From Salinimicrobium xinjiangense DSM 19287 (GTDB lineage: Bacteria; Bacteroidota; Bacteroidia; Flavobacteriales; Flavobacteriaceae), in the NCBI RefSeq assembly GCF_000423585.1, contig NZ_AUIG01000025.1, positions 36,196 through 60,195 of the forward strand: a DNA stretch of 24,000 nucleotides. The letters run 5' to 3'. A program made the translations under genes and the position numbers. This document shows, one piece after another, positions 1-9,044 of the stretch; position 1 is the stretch's first letter, and each line of letters opens with the position of its first letter. A model generated the notes under the pieces. The model worked only from the letters and a program-made list of their open reading frames with translations. It was not told the DNA's origin and did not search any database.

Positions 1-2858
1 AATGTATACAGCACCTGTGACTGCCCCTGTACAACATCTACATTAGGAAAGATCTCATCCAGAAAAACCCTTCGGGTAGCATAACTGGAAAGATCGGAAT
101 CTGTTACGCCAGAAGGTCTGCTGCTTCCGTAGAAAATTGGATCAATGCTATACCAGGCCAGTTTAGCTCTTTTGTATCCTGTGGCAAGATCCCCATTAGC
201 CAGTTCTCCCCCAAAGTCCAAAGGCACACTGGACAGTTCCCATCCCAGCGGATTATCTATGGCAATAGAGGTTTGTGCAGCCTCAAAATCATCTACATAA
301 GTAGTGGCCCTGCCTTCAAATTCGCTGCCTTTCGGGGCCCCTGGTAATAGATAAGCCACCTCCCCGCGAAGAGACAGATTTGAAACAACATCTGTATCTA
401 TGTTGGGAAGCCTGTTTACCCAGCGGGTCAAAAATGGCAATTCTGTAGAATAATTCAGATTTAGACCAAGAATGGTATTGTTTATAGGTTCGTAGCTGTA
501 ATTGGATTTTTGGGTAAGAGGCCTTTCATTCAGATTAAGATAAGTGGCCCCTACTAAAAAGTTCTCGTTGAACATATGCTCCACGTGTAAACCGGTAAAG
601 CGTTTTGTTTGCTGTCCAAAAAGGGCATTATTCTCGGTTGATATCTGGATTGGAATATTGGAAGCCAGCAAGGCCTCATCCAGGATCTGCACCCTCCCAA
701 ACTGGTAGTTCACAACATAATCAACTCCTTCCTGCAGCACCCTGCCCCCCGCGGTAACGGTTACAGAACCCTGGGGCACATTAAAGGCGCCAATGGGAAT
801 ACCTTCAACATTTGAAGATTTATACCTTCCACGCAGCTGAAATTTATTCTTTTCGGCCTGCTGTTGTTCTGCCTGGGTCTTGGTAGTGTTATAAAGTGCC
901 CTGAAAACATATTTCTGTTGATTGGCATTCCAGGTTTCGGGGATCCGGTAATCTTCGGGTCCGGCATTCGGGTTGGGATCAAGCTTCCTGAACAGGTATT
1001 CCCCAAAAGGCTCAACAGAGGTGAAGATGATATTTCCTGTTTCGGGGTTAATGGTGATTCCCGGAACAAAATCAAAGAATCCGTCCCCACTGGCGATTGG
1101 ATCTCCATTGATGTTAAGATTGTCGAGGTTAAAAACCCGCAGTAATGTTGTTTGCTCCACATCCTCGGGAAGGGGCTCTCCCCCGGCTCCTGTAATGTAA
1201 TTGAGTGGCTGCGGATCTGTATATACAATATTCATCCTGAAGTCATCCCTCTCGAGATTAAAGGCTCCAAGATTATAAATGTTTTTCATCATAAGATCCC
1301 AAACCGGTTCGTCCACATTTGTGACTGAACTTTTGAGCATCTTCACCACAAGGTTCTGGGAAACAGTGGATTCAATTCCCGTTCCTCCTGAAGCCTCAAT
1401 CCCGTCATTGGCAAACTCTCCTACCTGGTAAACCTCTCCTCCCACGGTGTACTGAAAAGCAACTCCAAGAATTTCATCACTTGCCAGTCGCTGATTAAGG
1501 GAAATGTAACCTAATTGCGGATTCAACCTGTATTCAGTAGGTTTTAGCTGCCGGGCGTTTTCCAGCTTAACGTAATCCCGGCCTTCAGAAACCTGCAGGC
1601 CTCCAAAACCTGACTCCACTCTCGCCACATCCCTGATTGCAGGAGTTAGCACCGATTCCTGTGGTCCATTGATCCCAAAGGGATTAAGGTCGTTATTGCG
1701 GTTATCTGCAAATGAACCGGCCGGTTGATTAAAAAATCCCGCCGGCGGATTATCCAGTCCTATATTTCCCGGCACCGGAGATTCCCCAAGATCCTGAATG
1801 GCAACAATATTCCGGGTATCGGTAAGGTTCTGGACATTATTGGTCCTGTTAGTCACCCAGATCTGTACCCGGGTGATCTGGATATTGGAATTTATAAAAG
1901 GATAATTTTCGAGAGCTTCGTCATAGTTGTCCCGAAAGTAATGCGCGAGAAAGAAGTGCCTGTTTTCATCGTACTCTATGGCAAACCTGTCAAATTCCTG
2001 GACCGTGGCCCCACCTTCAACATTTACCGTGCGGCGTTCAGATTTCTGTTCAGAAAAAACTCCCGTAATACGTGTTTTACCAAACTGCAACTGGGTTTTT
2101 ATCCCGAAAAGACTTTGTGCGCCCTGTATTAAAGCAGAATTCAGCGGCATATTGATATTCCCCACTTCGATCTTTTGGATGATGTCATCTTCGGTGGGAG
2201 TATATTCAAGCTTTAACTGGTTTTGAAAATCAAAGGTAGATTCGGTGTCGTAATTGGCAGTTACTTTGAGCCGCTCGCCAATATTTCCCAGAAGGCTTAA
2301 CTGAATGCGCTGATCAAAATCGAAGGTGAAGGTACTTCTGTTTCGGGGAGAAAAGGCAGGATTGTCTCTTTTTGAGTAAAGCACTCCAAGATCAAGTGCA
2401 ACAGATCCCTGCGGGATCAATTCAATGTCACCCCCTCCAAAAATATTCTGAAAAAAATCGGAATTCACATAAAACCCGGGTAACAGGTCCCGCTGGTCCT
2501 CCTCGGTCCCGAACTTACGGCCGGAAAGAGCATCGGACTTTTCCTGAAAATAGCGTTGCATTTCTTCCCTTATCACCAGCTCCTGATATTCTTCGGGAGT
2601 AAGTATAAGCGGGGCAGTAATATTAATATTCCCGAGGGTCTGGGTATAAATGTACCGGTCCAGGATTGGATCATAGGTATAGGAAGCGACAATGCTGGTG
2701 GGATCGGGCAGACGTAGTTTTCCCAGGGAGTAGCCTGTTTTAGTAGTATCCTGTTGAACTATGGTATCCTGAGCAAGGGCAGGCAAAGAGAATGCCAGTA
2801 CACAAACGAGTGCAATGGTATTTGCAAGCCAAAACCGATGGTTGTAGTTCTGCCCCAA
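1..2858 (-). CDS. sprA: Cell-surface/outer-membrane protein SprA (gliding motility / type IX secretion), N-terminal part, truncated by the left window edge
   Basis: Minus-strand frame (codons at plus positions 3k..3k+2) read open in the parts I translated, from 2858 and again near position 1. It gives a signal-peptide-like start (GQNYNHRFWLANTIALVCVLAFSLPALAQDT) then SprA-typical 'LDLGVLYSKRDNPAFSPRNRSTFTFDFDQRIQLSLLGNIGERLKVTANYDTESTFDFQNQLKLEYTPTEDDIIQKIEVGNISMPLNSALIQGAQSLFGIKTQLQFGKTRITGVFSEQKSERRTVNVEGGATVQEFDRFAIEYDENRHFFLAHYFRD'. Start inferred as TTG at 2858; no ATG is available before the signal peptide. Confidence 0.93.
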   Translation of the reverse strand, partial: MGQNYNHRFWLANTIALVCVLAFSLPALAQDTIVQQDTTKTGYSLGKLRLPDPTSIVASYTYDPILDRYIYTQTLGNINITAPLILTPEEYQELVIREEMQRYFQEKSDALSGRKFGTEEDQRDLLPGFYVNSDFFQNIFGGGDIELIPQGSVALDLGVLYSKRDNPAFSPRNRSTFTFDFDQRIQLSLLGNIGERLKVTANYDTESTFDFQNQLKLEYTPTEDDIIQKIEVGNINMPLNSALIQGAQSLFGIKTQLQFGKTRITGVFSEQKSERRTVNVEGGATVQEFDRFAIEYDENRHFFLAHYFRDNYDEALENYPFINSNIQITRVQIWVTNRTNNVQNLTDTRNIVAIQDLGESPVPGNIGLDNPPAGFFNQPAGSFADNRNNDLNPFGINGPQESVLTPAIRDVARVESGFGGLQVSEGRDYVKLENARQLKPTEYRLNPQLGYISLNQRLASDEILGVAFQYTVGGEVYQVGEFANDGIEASGGTGIESTVSQNLVVKMLKSSVTNVDEPVWDLMMKNIYNLGAFNLERDDFRMNIVYTDPQPLNYITGAGGEPLPEDVEQTTLLRVFNLDNLNINGDPIASGDGFFDFVPGITINPETGNIIFTSVEPFGEYLFRKLDPNPNAGPEDYRIPETWNANQQKYVFRALYNTTKTQAEQQQAEKNKFQLRGRYKSSNVEGIPIGAFNVPQGSVTVTAGGRVLQEGVDYVVNYQFGRVQILDEALLASNIPIQISTENNALFGQQTKRFTGLHVEHMFNENFLVGATYLNLNERPLTQKSNYSYEPINNTILGLNLNYSTELPFLTRWVNRLPNIDTDVVSNLSLRGEVAYLLPGAPKGSEFEGRATTYVDDFEAAQTSIAIDNPLGWELSSVPLDFGGELANGDLATGYKRAKLAWYSIDPIFYGSSRPSGVTDSDLSSYATRRVFLDEIFPNVDVVQGQSQVLYT

Positions 2859-2864
2859 TGGAAT

Positions 2865-3446
2865 TTATAGTTTTTTAAGTGCCTGCTTTATAAGAGACTC
2901 TACCGTAGCATCGGGTTCTTCCTTCACAATTCTCTCGACCACCTTTTCAGATTGCTTACGGGTGTAGCCTAAAGTCTCTAAAGCAGATAACGCTTCTTCC
3001 CGGTTTGTATTGCTTTTTGGAGCAGAAACTTCATCAATTCCAAAGACTTTTAAAATTTTATCCTTAAGATCTATTATCACCCGCTGTGCGGTTTTCGCTC
3101 CAATTCCCTTTATTCCCTGAACCGTTGCCACGTCTCCTGCGGCAATAGCCTCCATTATCTGCCGCGGTTCCAGGGAAGACAGCATACTACGGGCGGTGCT
3201 TGCACCCACTCCGGAAACAGAGATCAATAACCTGAAGATCTCCCGTTCGCTTTTTTCCCAAAACCCATAAAGGGTATGAGAATCTTCCTTTACCTGTAAA
3301 TGTGTGTAAAGTTGTAAAGATTCTTCCGAAGAAATCTGGGAATAGGTATGCAGGGAAATGTGAATGAAATATCCGACTCCGTTGCAATCGATCACTACAT
3401 TGGTAGGATTTTTTTCAACCAGCCGGCCTTTTATGCTATAGATCAT
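2865..3446 (-). CDS. ruvA: Holliday junction branch migration protein RuvA
   Basis: 193-aa ORF; N-terminal OB-fold MIYSIKGRLVEKNPTNVVIDCNGVGYFIH, HhH repeats (LLISVSGVGASTARSMLSSL, GIKGIGAKTAQRVIIDLKDK) and C-terminal domain EALSALETLGYTRKQSEKVV. Confidence 0.97.
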   Translation of the reverse strand: MIYSIKGRLVEKNPTNVVIDCNGVGYFIHISLHTYSQISSEESLQLYTHLQVKEDSHTLYGFWEKSEREIFRLLISVSGVGASTARSMLSSLEPRQIMEAIAAGDVATVQGIKGIGAKTAQRVIIDLKDKILKVFGIDEVSAPKSNTNREEALSALETLGYTRKQSEKVVERIVKEEPDATVESLIKQALKKL

Positions 3447-3561
3447 GAAATAAGGATATTCTTAGGCCAAATGTAAGAAAATAAACAGGATAGGAAAATA
3501 AGAATTACAGCATTACTTACCTCCCGAAAAGGGCAATTCTTCAGGTGTTTTAGAAAAATCA

Positions 3562-3592
3562 AAGTGGGAAAGAAAATCATCCTTTCCCACTT
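3562..3592 (-). terminator. Intrinsic terminator-like hairpin downstream of maeB
   Basis: Perfect 11-bp inverted repeat AAGTGGGAAAG (3562-3572) / CTTTCCCACTT (3582-3592) with 9-nt loop; on the minus strand followed by TGATTTTTC; starts 16 nt after the maeB stop codon. Confidence 0.7.
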
Positions 3593-3607
3593 CATTCTTT
3601 CTAAAAT

Positions 3608-5929
3608 TTACTGCTGCTCCCGTTTGGCCTTCCGCTCCTTTTCCTGTGCGTCAACCACTGCAACAGCGGTCATATTAACGATCTCCTCTACACTGGCACC
3701 TAGCTGGAGAACGTGTACAGGTTTGTTCATTCCCATAAGGATTGGCCCTACAGATTCAGATTTATTCAGCTCCTTAAGCAACTTGTAATTACTGTTTCCT
3801 GCATCCAGGTTAGGAAACACTAATGTATTAACCTTACGGCCGGCAAGTTTTGAAAACGGAAATTTCTTTTGCAGCATTTCGCTGTTGAGGGCAAAATCTG
3901 TTTGCATTTCACCGTCAACTATAAGGTCGGGATAGAAGCGATGAAGATAATCTACTGCCTCTTTTACTTTTGCAGCTTTTTCATTCTGGGAAGAACCAAA
4001 GTTTGCATAGGAGATCATGGCAATTACCGGCTCCATTCCAAAAAGCCTTACTGTTCGCGCCGTCATCTGGGCTATCTTTCCGAGTTCCTTTGCAGTAGGA
4101 TCAATATTTACCGAAGTATCACTAATAAACAATGGTCCACGTGAAGTATTCATAAGGTTTGTGGCCGCAACCTTAGAAACTCCTTTAGCCTTTCCTATCA
4201 GCTCCAGCATAGGCCGCAGCACTGTAGGATAAGCCCTTGAATATCCTGAAAGCAGCGCATCTGCATCTCCCTCATTCACCATCATGGCGGCGAAATAGTT
4301 TCTCTGACGCATGAGCAGCTGGGCATCATAACGCGTAACACCCTTTCGTTTCCTGGTTTGCCAGTACACATCTGCATAGCGGTTACGACGGTCGTTTTCA
4401 GCGTCAGATTTTGAATCAATGATCGGGACATCATCTGCATGAAAATCGATTTCCCGCATCAGTTCCTCAATGACATCCTTTCTTCCCATCAGAATAGGTT
4501 TCGCTATTCCTTCGTCATACACGATCTGTGCAGCCTTTAAAACATCAAGGTGATCTGCCTCGGCAAAAATAACCTTCTTAGGATCCATTTTTGCACGGTT
4601 CATAAGAAGGCGGGTGATCTTATTGTCATTACCCATTCTCTCCAGCAGCTCATCTTCATAACGGGCCCAATCAAGAATTGGGTGTTTGGCAACTCCTGTC
4701 TCCATGGCAGCTTTTGCCACAGCAGGAGGAATCTGAGTGATTAAACGTGGATCAAATGGTTTGGGAATTATATAATCTTTACCAAAGTTGAGTTTGGTCT
4801 CTCCATAGGCGATATTCACCTGTTCGGGAACCGGATCTTTGGCCAGCCTGGCAAGAGCTTTCACCGCTGCCATCTTCATTTCTTCGTTGATCTTGGTTGC
4901 TCTCACATCCAAAGCTCCCCTGAAAATAAATGGGAATCCCAGCACGTTATTGACCTGGTTGGGATGATCGCTACGGCCGGTTGCCATAATAATATCCTTT
5001 CTGGTAGCAATAGCCAGGTCGTAATCAATTTCAGGCTCCGGATTGGCCATTGCAAAAACAATAGGCCGTTTGGCCATTTTCTTCAGCATTTCGGGAGTGA
5101 CAATATTCCCCACCGAAAGCCCCAGGAATACATCGGCTCCATCCATTGCAGCCGACAGATTTTCATATTTTTTCTTTCCCGCAAACCGCTTCTGAAGTTC
5201 GGAAAGATCCTCCCGGCCCTGATGCAAAGCTCCTTTAACATCGAACATAATGATGTTTTCCACTTTTACACCCAGAGAGACGTAGAGATTGGCACAAGCG
5301 ATCGCTGCAGAACCTGCACCCGAGATCACCACCTTGACCTTTCCAATTTTTTTATTAGCCAGATCAAGAGCATTTAGCAAGGCGGCCGACGAAATGATCG
5401 CAGTACCATGCTGATCATCGTGCATCACCGGAATGTCCAGTTCCTCTTTAAGTCTTCGCTCGATCTCAAAAGCTTCGGGCGCTGCAATGTCTTCCAGATT
5501 GATACCGCCGAAAGTAGGCGCAATATTTTTCACTGTCTCCACAAAAGCATCAACATCTTTAGTATCCACTTCAATGTCAAACACATCGATATCGGCAAAG
5601 ATCTTGAAAAGCAATCCTTTCCCTTCCATTACAGGTTTGGAAGCTTCGGGACCTATGTCCCCGAGACCAAGAACGGCCGTCCCGTTAGAGATCACCGCCA
5701 CCAGGTTACCCTTGGTAGTATACTTGTAAACATTCTCCACATTTTTATGGATCTCCAGGCAGGGCTCGGCCACTCCCGGAGAATACGCGAGCGAAAGGTC
5801 CCGCTGAGTAGAATATTTTTTGGTAGGCACCACCTGAATTTTCCCCGGATGGGGCTTTGCGTGGTATACTAAAGCTTCACGTCTTTTGCGTTCGTTCTTC
5901 ATAATTTCCTGTTTGGTCAGGTCAGGCAA
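3608..5929 (-). CDS. maeB: NADP-dependent malic enzyme with C-terminal phosphate acetyltransferase-like domain
   Basis: 773-aa ORF; malic domain '[12 protein letters not shown]', '[33 protein letters not shown]', '[22 protein letters not shown]', NAD-binding '[17 protein letters not shown]', plus PTA-like C-terminus 'NPKAEKAAK..'-type segment '[20 protein letters not shown]'. True start may be the internal Met ([14 protein letters not shown]). Confidence 0.95.
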   Translation of the reverse strand: MPDLTKQEIMKNERKRREALVYHAKPHPGKIQVVPTKKYSTQRDLSLAYSPGVAEPCLEIHKNVENVYKYTTKGNLVAVISNGTAVLGLGDIGPEASKPVMEGKGLLFKIFADIDVFDIEVDTKDVDAFVETVKNIAPTFGGINLEDIAAPEAFEIERRLKEELDIPVMHDDQHGTAIISSAALLNALDLANKKIGKVKVVISGAGSAAIACANLYVSLGVKVENIIMFDVKGALHQGREDLSELQKRFAGKKKYENLSAAMDGADVFLGLSVGNIVTPEMLKKMAKRPIVFAMANPEPEIDYDLAIATRKDIIMATGRSDHPNQVNNVLGFPFIFRGALDVRATKINEEMKMAAVKALARLAKDPVPEQVNIAYGETKLNFGKDYIIPKPFDPRLITQIPPAVAKAAMETGVAKHPILDWARYEDELLERMGNDNKITRLLMNRAKMDPKKVIFAEADHLDVLKAAQIVYDEGIAKPILMGRKDVIEELMREIDFHADDVPIIDSKSDAENDRRNRYADVYWQTRKRKGVTRYDAQLLMRQRNYFAAMMVNEGDADALLSGYSRAYPTVLRPMLELIGKAKGVSKVAATNLMNTSRGPLFISDTSVNIDPTAKELGKIAQMTARTVRLFGMEPVIAMISYANFGSSQNEKAAKVKEAVDYLHRFYPDLIVDGEMQTDFALNSEMLQKKFPFSKLAGRKVNTLVFPNLDAGNSNYKLLKELNKSESVGPILMGMNKPVHVLQLGASVEEIVNMTAVAVVDAQEKERKAKREQQ

Positions 5930-5990
5930 AGGTAAAGAGTTTCGGTTTTATGGCTACTGATAGAGATCAAGTTTTTACTGCTGACTGCGG

Positions 5991-6080
5991 AGCTGCGATA
6001 AATCGCAGCTTTACTATAAGAGGTCGGACTGCGATATATCGCAGCTTTACCTCAAGTGGAGGCGTGATTAATCGCGCCTC
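5991..6080. repeat. Cluster of three short palindromic elements (REP/BIME-like), imperfect tandem units
   Basis: Copy 1 AGCTGCGATAAATCGCAGCT (5991-6010, perfect 9-bp arms); copy 2 CTGCGATATATCGCAG (6029-6044, perfect); copy 3 GAGGCGTGATTAATCGCGCCTC (6059-6080, one mismatched/wobble pair). Centres are 36 and 33 nt apart; copies 1 and 2 share the flank CTTTAC. Confidence 0.85.
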
Positions 6081-8008
6081 AGTAGATCCAACCTCTCCGG
6101 TGGCACCAGATCATCCAGTTTTTTCCTGTATTCCTGCGGAAGAAGATCCAATCCCAATTGGTATGAAGCATTCATCCAGCCAAATCCCGAGGTGGTGATA
6201 TAATCGAATTCTGTTCCTACATTTCCATATTCTGCATAGACTTTATGGGTAGCATTCACCACATCATATTTTTCGGGAATGGTCCCATTGTAATCGACAG
6301 CATTTCTGGTGATCATATATAACCAGCGATAAATAAGTTCGTGAGCCTCCTTTTCAAAGCCATAGTCAATCAATCCCTGCCATAGCAGCATTTGATGCGG
6401 TGCCCAGCCGTTTGGATAATCCCACTGCCGCTGCACTTCACTAGTCGCAGTTTCTTCTACGGAAGATCTTGCGGTAGAAAGAATTCCTCCTGTCGCCTTT
6501 AGATCTTTAATAAGATTTGGAAGCATCATTTTCGCCTGTTCTTCGGAAGCCATGCCGCTCCACAAGGGATAAAAATTGGTAGCCGAAATATACCCGGTTT
6601 GCTCCCCTTTTTTAAAGTTGTAATCAAAGAAACTCCCTTTCTCCTCATTCCACAGATACTGATTCATCAACTCTTTTCGCTCTTCAGCTTTATCCTCCCA
6701 ATAGTCCCCGGTGTAGGTTTTCCCTTCGGAAGTTGTAAACCTGTCATCAAAGTATTTGTCTATCAGGTATTCGAAATCTTTCTCGTATTTATACAAAAGG
6801 GAATTGAGGTCCACCGTATTCAAGTGTGCTGCCCGATCTTCCAGCCTCCAGGAAGTATCGTGGCCGCTTTCCCGCAGGCTCCGGTCATGTCTGAAATATT
6901 CATCCAGCTCCCTGTCCCCGATTTCTCCCGACTGGTATTTTTCAACAAATTCTGAAACCTTCAACTTATGTTTTGCGGCAAATTTCTTCAGCACTTCCTC
7001 AAAATGTCCTTCCTCAGTTTCAGGCGGAATACCTATTCCCTGTGCAAAATACCGGTTAAGCCCGTTCTCTGTAAGTCTCTCGCCTTCCACCATCCACACC
7101 TGTTCATATTCTTTTATAGCGGCCCCCAAAGATTTCCGAAGCCATGCTTCATTCTTTTCGGGCATGGCTTCATAGACTTCCCGAACGAAAGAAGACATGA
7201 AGGGTGGCTGTGTTCGGGTGAGGTAATAAGATCTGTTGGCGTTGAGGATCTTTCCGTAGTGATCGATCTGGTACACAAAGTTGTCGACCATGGCTTTTGC
7301 CAGGTCCAGGCGGTCATCAAGTAAAAGCCCCACTCCTTCAAAATAGCTGTCCCAGCCATACATTTCATTGAACCTGCCGCCGGGTACCACAAAAGGAACT
7401 CCTTTCCCATTTTCGAGCTCCAGCGCCAGGAGACCCGGTTTGTCATTGATGGACTTTACGTATTGCGGACTGATTTCCTTCGGAAGTACCACCACCTCAA
7501 AACCTTCGAATTCCTTCTGAAGATCCTTGTAGTACCTGATCCCTACAGAATCTGTCGCCGGTACATAAAGCCGTTGTACACTGTCTTCGGCTTTTGAATC
7601 CTGAAGAATTCTTTCTATGCCTTCCCTGTCAATAGTGCGGGTAAGATCATCCCAGAACTGCTCTCTTATCCGCCGGGAAATGCGCTGGGTGGGAGCTTCT
7701 TTAATTTTTTCGACGGAAATTTTCAGGGTCTCCCTTTCTTCGGACCGGGCTATGGCCAGCTCCTGAAGTAAATTAGAGAGATAATAGATCTCACTGATCG
7801 CCAGGGAATCTCCTCCTGAAAGAGGTGCCAAAAATGGCTTTTTTGGCTCATCTTCAATGGTGATCTTTTTATCTCCATCTGTATCGGCCTGCTGCAGAAG
7901 CCGCTGCATGGTATGTTCTGTCTTTAGCTGAAGCTCCTGTGCCGTGACAGAAAATCCTGTAAGGAGACAAAAATAAATAATGACTGAAAATAGCTTTTTT
8001 GAGACCAT
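6068..8008 (-). CDS. treA: Secreted/periplasmic alpha,alpha-trehalase (GH37 family)
   Basis: ORF 6068..8044; GH37 signatures PGGRFNEMYGWDSYFEGVGLL and QWDYPNGWAPHQ. The start is probably the internal ATG at 8008, giving signal peptide MVSKKLFSVIIYFCLLTGFSVTAQ. Confidence 0.93.
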   Translation of the reverse strand: MVSKKLFSVIIYFCLLTGFSVTAQELQLKTEHTMQRLLQQADTDGDKKITIEDEPKKPFLAPLSGGDSLAISEIYYLSNLLQELAIARSEERETLKISVEKIKEAPTQRISRRIREQFWDDLTRTIDREGIERILQDSKAEDSVQRLYVPATDSVGIRYYKDLQKEFEGFEVVVLPKEISPQYVKSINDKPGLLALELENGKGVPFVVPGGRFNEMYGWDSYFEGVGLLLDDRLDLAKAMVDNFVYQIDHYGKILNANRSYYLTRTQPPFMSSFVREVYEAMPEKNEAWLRKSLGAAIKEYEQVWMVEGERLTENGLNRYFAQGIGIPPETEEGHFEEVLKKFAAKHKLKVSEFVEKYQSGEIGDRELDEYFRHDRSLRESGHDTSWRLEDRAAHLNTVDLNSLLYKYEKDFEYLIDKYFDDRFTTSEGKTYTGDYWEDKAEERKELMNQYLWNEEKGSFFDYNFKKGEQTGYISATNFYPLWSGMASEEQAKMMLPNLIKDLKATGGILSTARSSVEETATSEVQRQWDYPNGWAPHQMLLWQGLIDYGFEKEAHELIYRWLYMITRNAVDYNGTIPEKYDVVNATHKVYAEYGNVGTEFDYITTSGFGWMNASYQLGLDLLPQEYRKKLDDLVPPERLDLLRRD

Positions 8009-8052
8009 AACTTTTGCTTGAAACAGAAAGTTACAAATTCTCAAAAAGAAGA

Positions 8053-8982
8053 TCAGGAATCTTTTTTGAGGAATTTTATGTTGCGGGTGAGTCCGCTGTA
8101 CTTGGTTCTTTTGACCGCCGACTTCTTAAACACCTTTCTAAAAGTATCTTCGGTGATCTCTTCCCAGTCTTTTTTGCTCATGCTCAGCAATTCGGGATGC
8201 GGATTGAAAAGTGGCTCATTATGCGATTGTGAAAAACGGTTCCAGGGACATACGTCCTGGCAAATGTCGCAGCCAAAAGCCCAATCTTCAAACTTGCCTT
8301 TCATCTCCTGTGGCAGCTCTTCTTTAAGCTCAATCGTGAAATAGGAAATACATTTACTCCCGTCCACCTTATAAGGTTCTACTATGGCATCTGTAGGGCA
8401 GGCATCAATACAGGCAGTACAGCTGCCGCAATGATCTGTCACCGGCGTGTCGTATTCCAGCTCGAGATCGATAATTAACTCGGCTACAAAGAAGAAAGAG
8501 CCTTTTTGCTTTGACAGCAACAGCGTGTGTTTTCCAACCCAGCCAAGACCCGCTTTGGCAGCCCAGGCCTTGTCCATAACCGGCGCCGAATCCACAAATG
8601 CTCTGCCTTCCACCTCTCCAATTTCCTGCTGTATGAACTGCAGTAAACTTTTCAGCTTATCCTTGATCACGAAGTGATAATCTGTACCGTAGGCGTATTT
8701 ACTGATCTTATAGGAATCCTCCCGCTGTTGTTCTTCAGGGTAATAGTTGAGCAGCAGGGAAATTACACTTTTAGAACCCTCCACGAGCCTGGTGGGATCC
8801 AGGCGCTTGTCGAAATAGTTCTCTAAAAATGACATTTTTCCATGTCTTTGTTTTTGAAGGTATTCTTCCAGGCGTGGCGCTTCCTCCTCGAGAAATTCGG
8901 CTTTGGAGATACCGCATGACAAAAAACCGAGGCGTTTAGCTTCGGTTTTGATAAGATTGGAATATTTTGATCTTGTATTCAC
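8053..8982 (-). CDS. queG: Epoxyqueuosine reductase QueG
   Basis: ORF 8053..9048; two 4Fe-4S motifs [16 protein letters not shown] and [13 protein letters not shown], core '[20 protein letters not shown]' and '[13 protein letters not shown]'. Family N-terminus suggests a GTG start at 8982 ([20 protein letters not shown]) rather than the upstream ATG at 9048. Confidence 0.93.
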   Translation of the reverse strand: MNTRSKYSNLIKTEAKRLGFLSCGISKAEFLEEEAPRLEEYLQKQRHGKMSFLENYFDKRLDPTRLVEGSKSVISLLLNYYPEEQQREDSYKISKYAYGTDYHFVIKDKLKSLLQFIQQEIGEVEGRAFVDSAPVMDKAWAAKAGLGWVGKHTLLLSKQKGSFFFVAELIIDLELEYDTPVTDHCGSCTACIDACPTDAIVEPYKVDGSKCISYFTIELKEELPQEMKGKFEDWAFGCDICQDVCPWNRFSQSHNEPLFNPHPELLSMSKKDWEEITEDTFRKVFKKSAVKRTKYSGLTRNIKFLKKDS

Positions 8983-9044
8983 TGTACCCTGCAAAACTAT
9001 TGCATTTATTGTACAAATGTTATTCCAGAACAGGAAATTATAAC

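Noticed and set aside
761-2602. Several plus-strand ORFs (155, 135, 93, 82, 76, 75 aa)
   Set aside because: All lie antisense to the open minus-strand sprA frame, which gives a clear SprA match; low-complexity shadow translations.
3513-3607. Short open minus-strand frames after maeB (for example ...FDFSKTPEELPFSGGK*, or ~50 aa MKWERMIFFPTLIFLKHLKNC...)
   Set aside because: They overlap the terminator-like hairpin 3562-3592, are very short and have no recognisable homology; insufficient evidence for a small protein without conservation or Ribo-seq.
4964-5872. Plus-strand ORFs of 137, 154 and 98 aa
   Set aside because: Antisense to maeB, overlapping one another in different frames; no domain features.
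5991-6080. Possible CRISPR array
   Set aside because: Only three short, non-identical palindromic units with similar rather than unique spacers and no cas genes; not CRISPR.
5950-6198. 82-aa plus-strand ORF with repeated peptide CGAAINRSFTIRGRTAIYRSFTSSGGVINRAS
   Set aside because: The peptide repeat is just the translation of the palindrome array and runs into the antisense of the trehalase gene; the DNA-level palindromes are the real signal.
6599-7446. Overlapping plus ORFs (118, 139, 118 aa) and a minus ORF of 110 aa in another frame
   Set aside because: Overlap the GH37 trehalase with its intact signatures; shadow ORFs.
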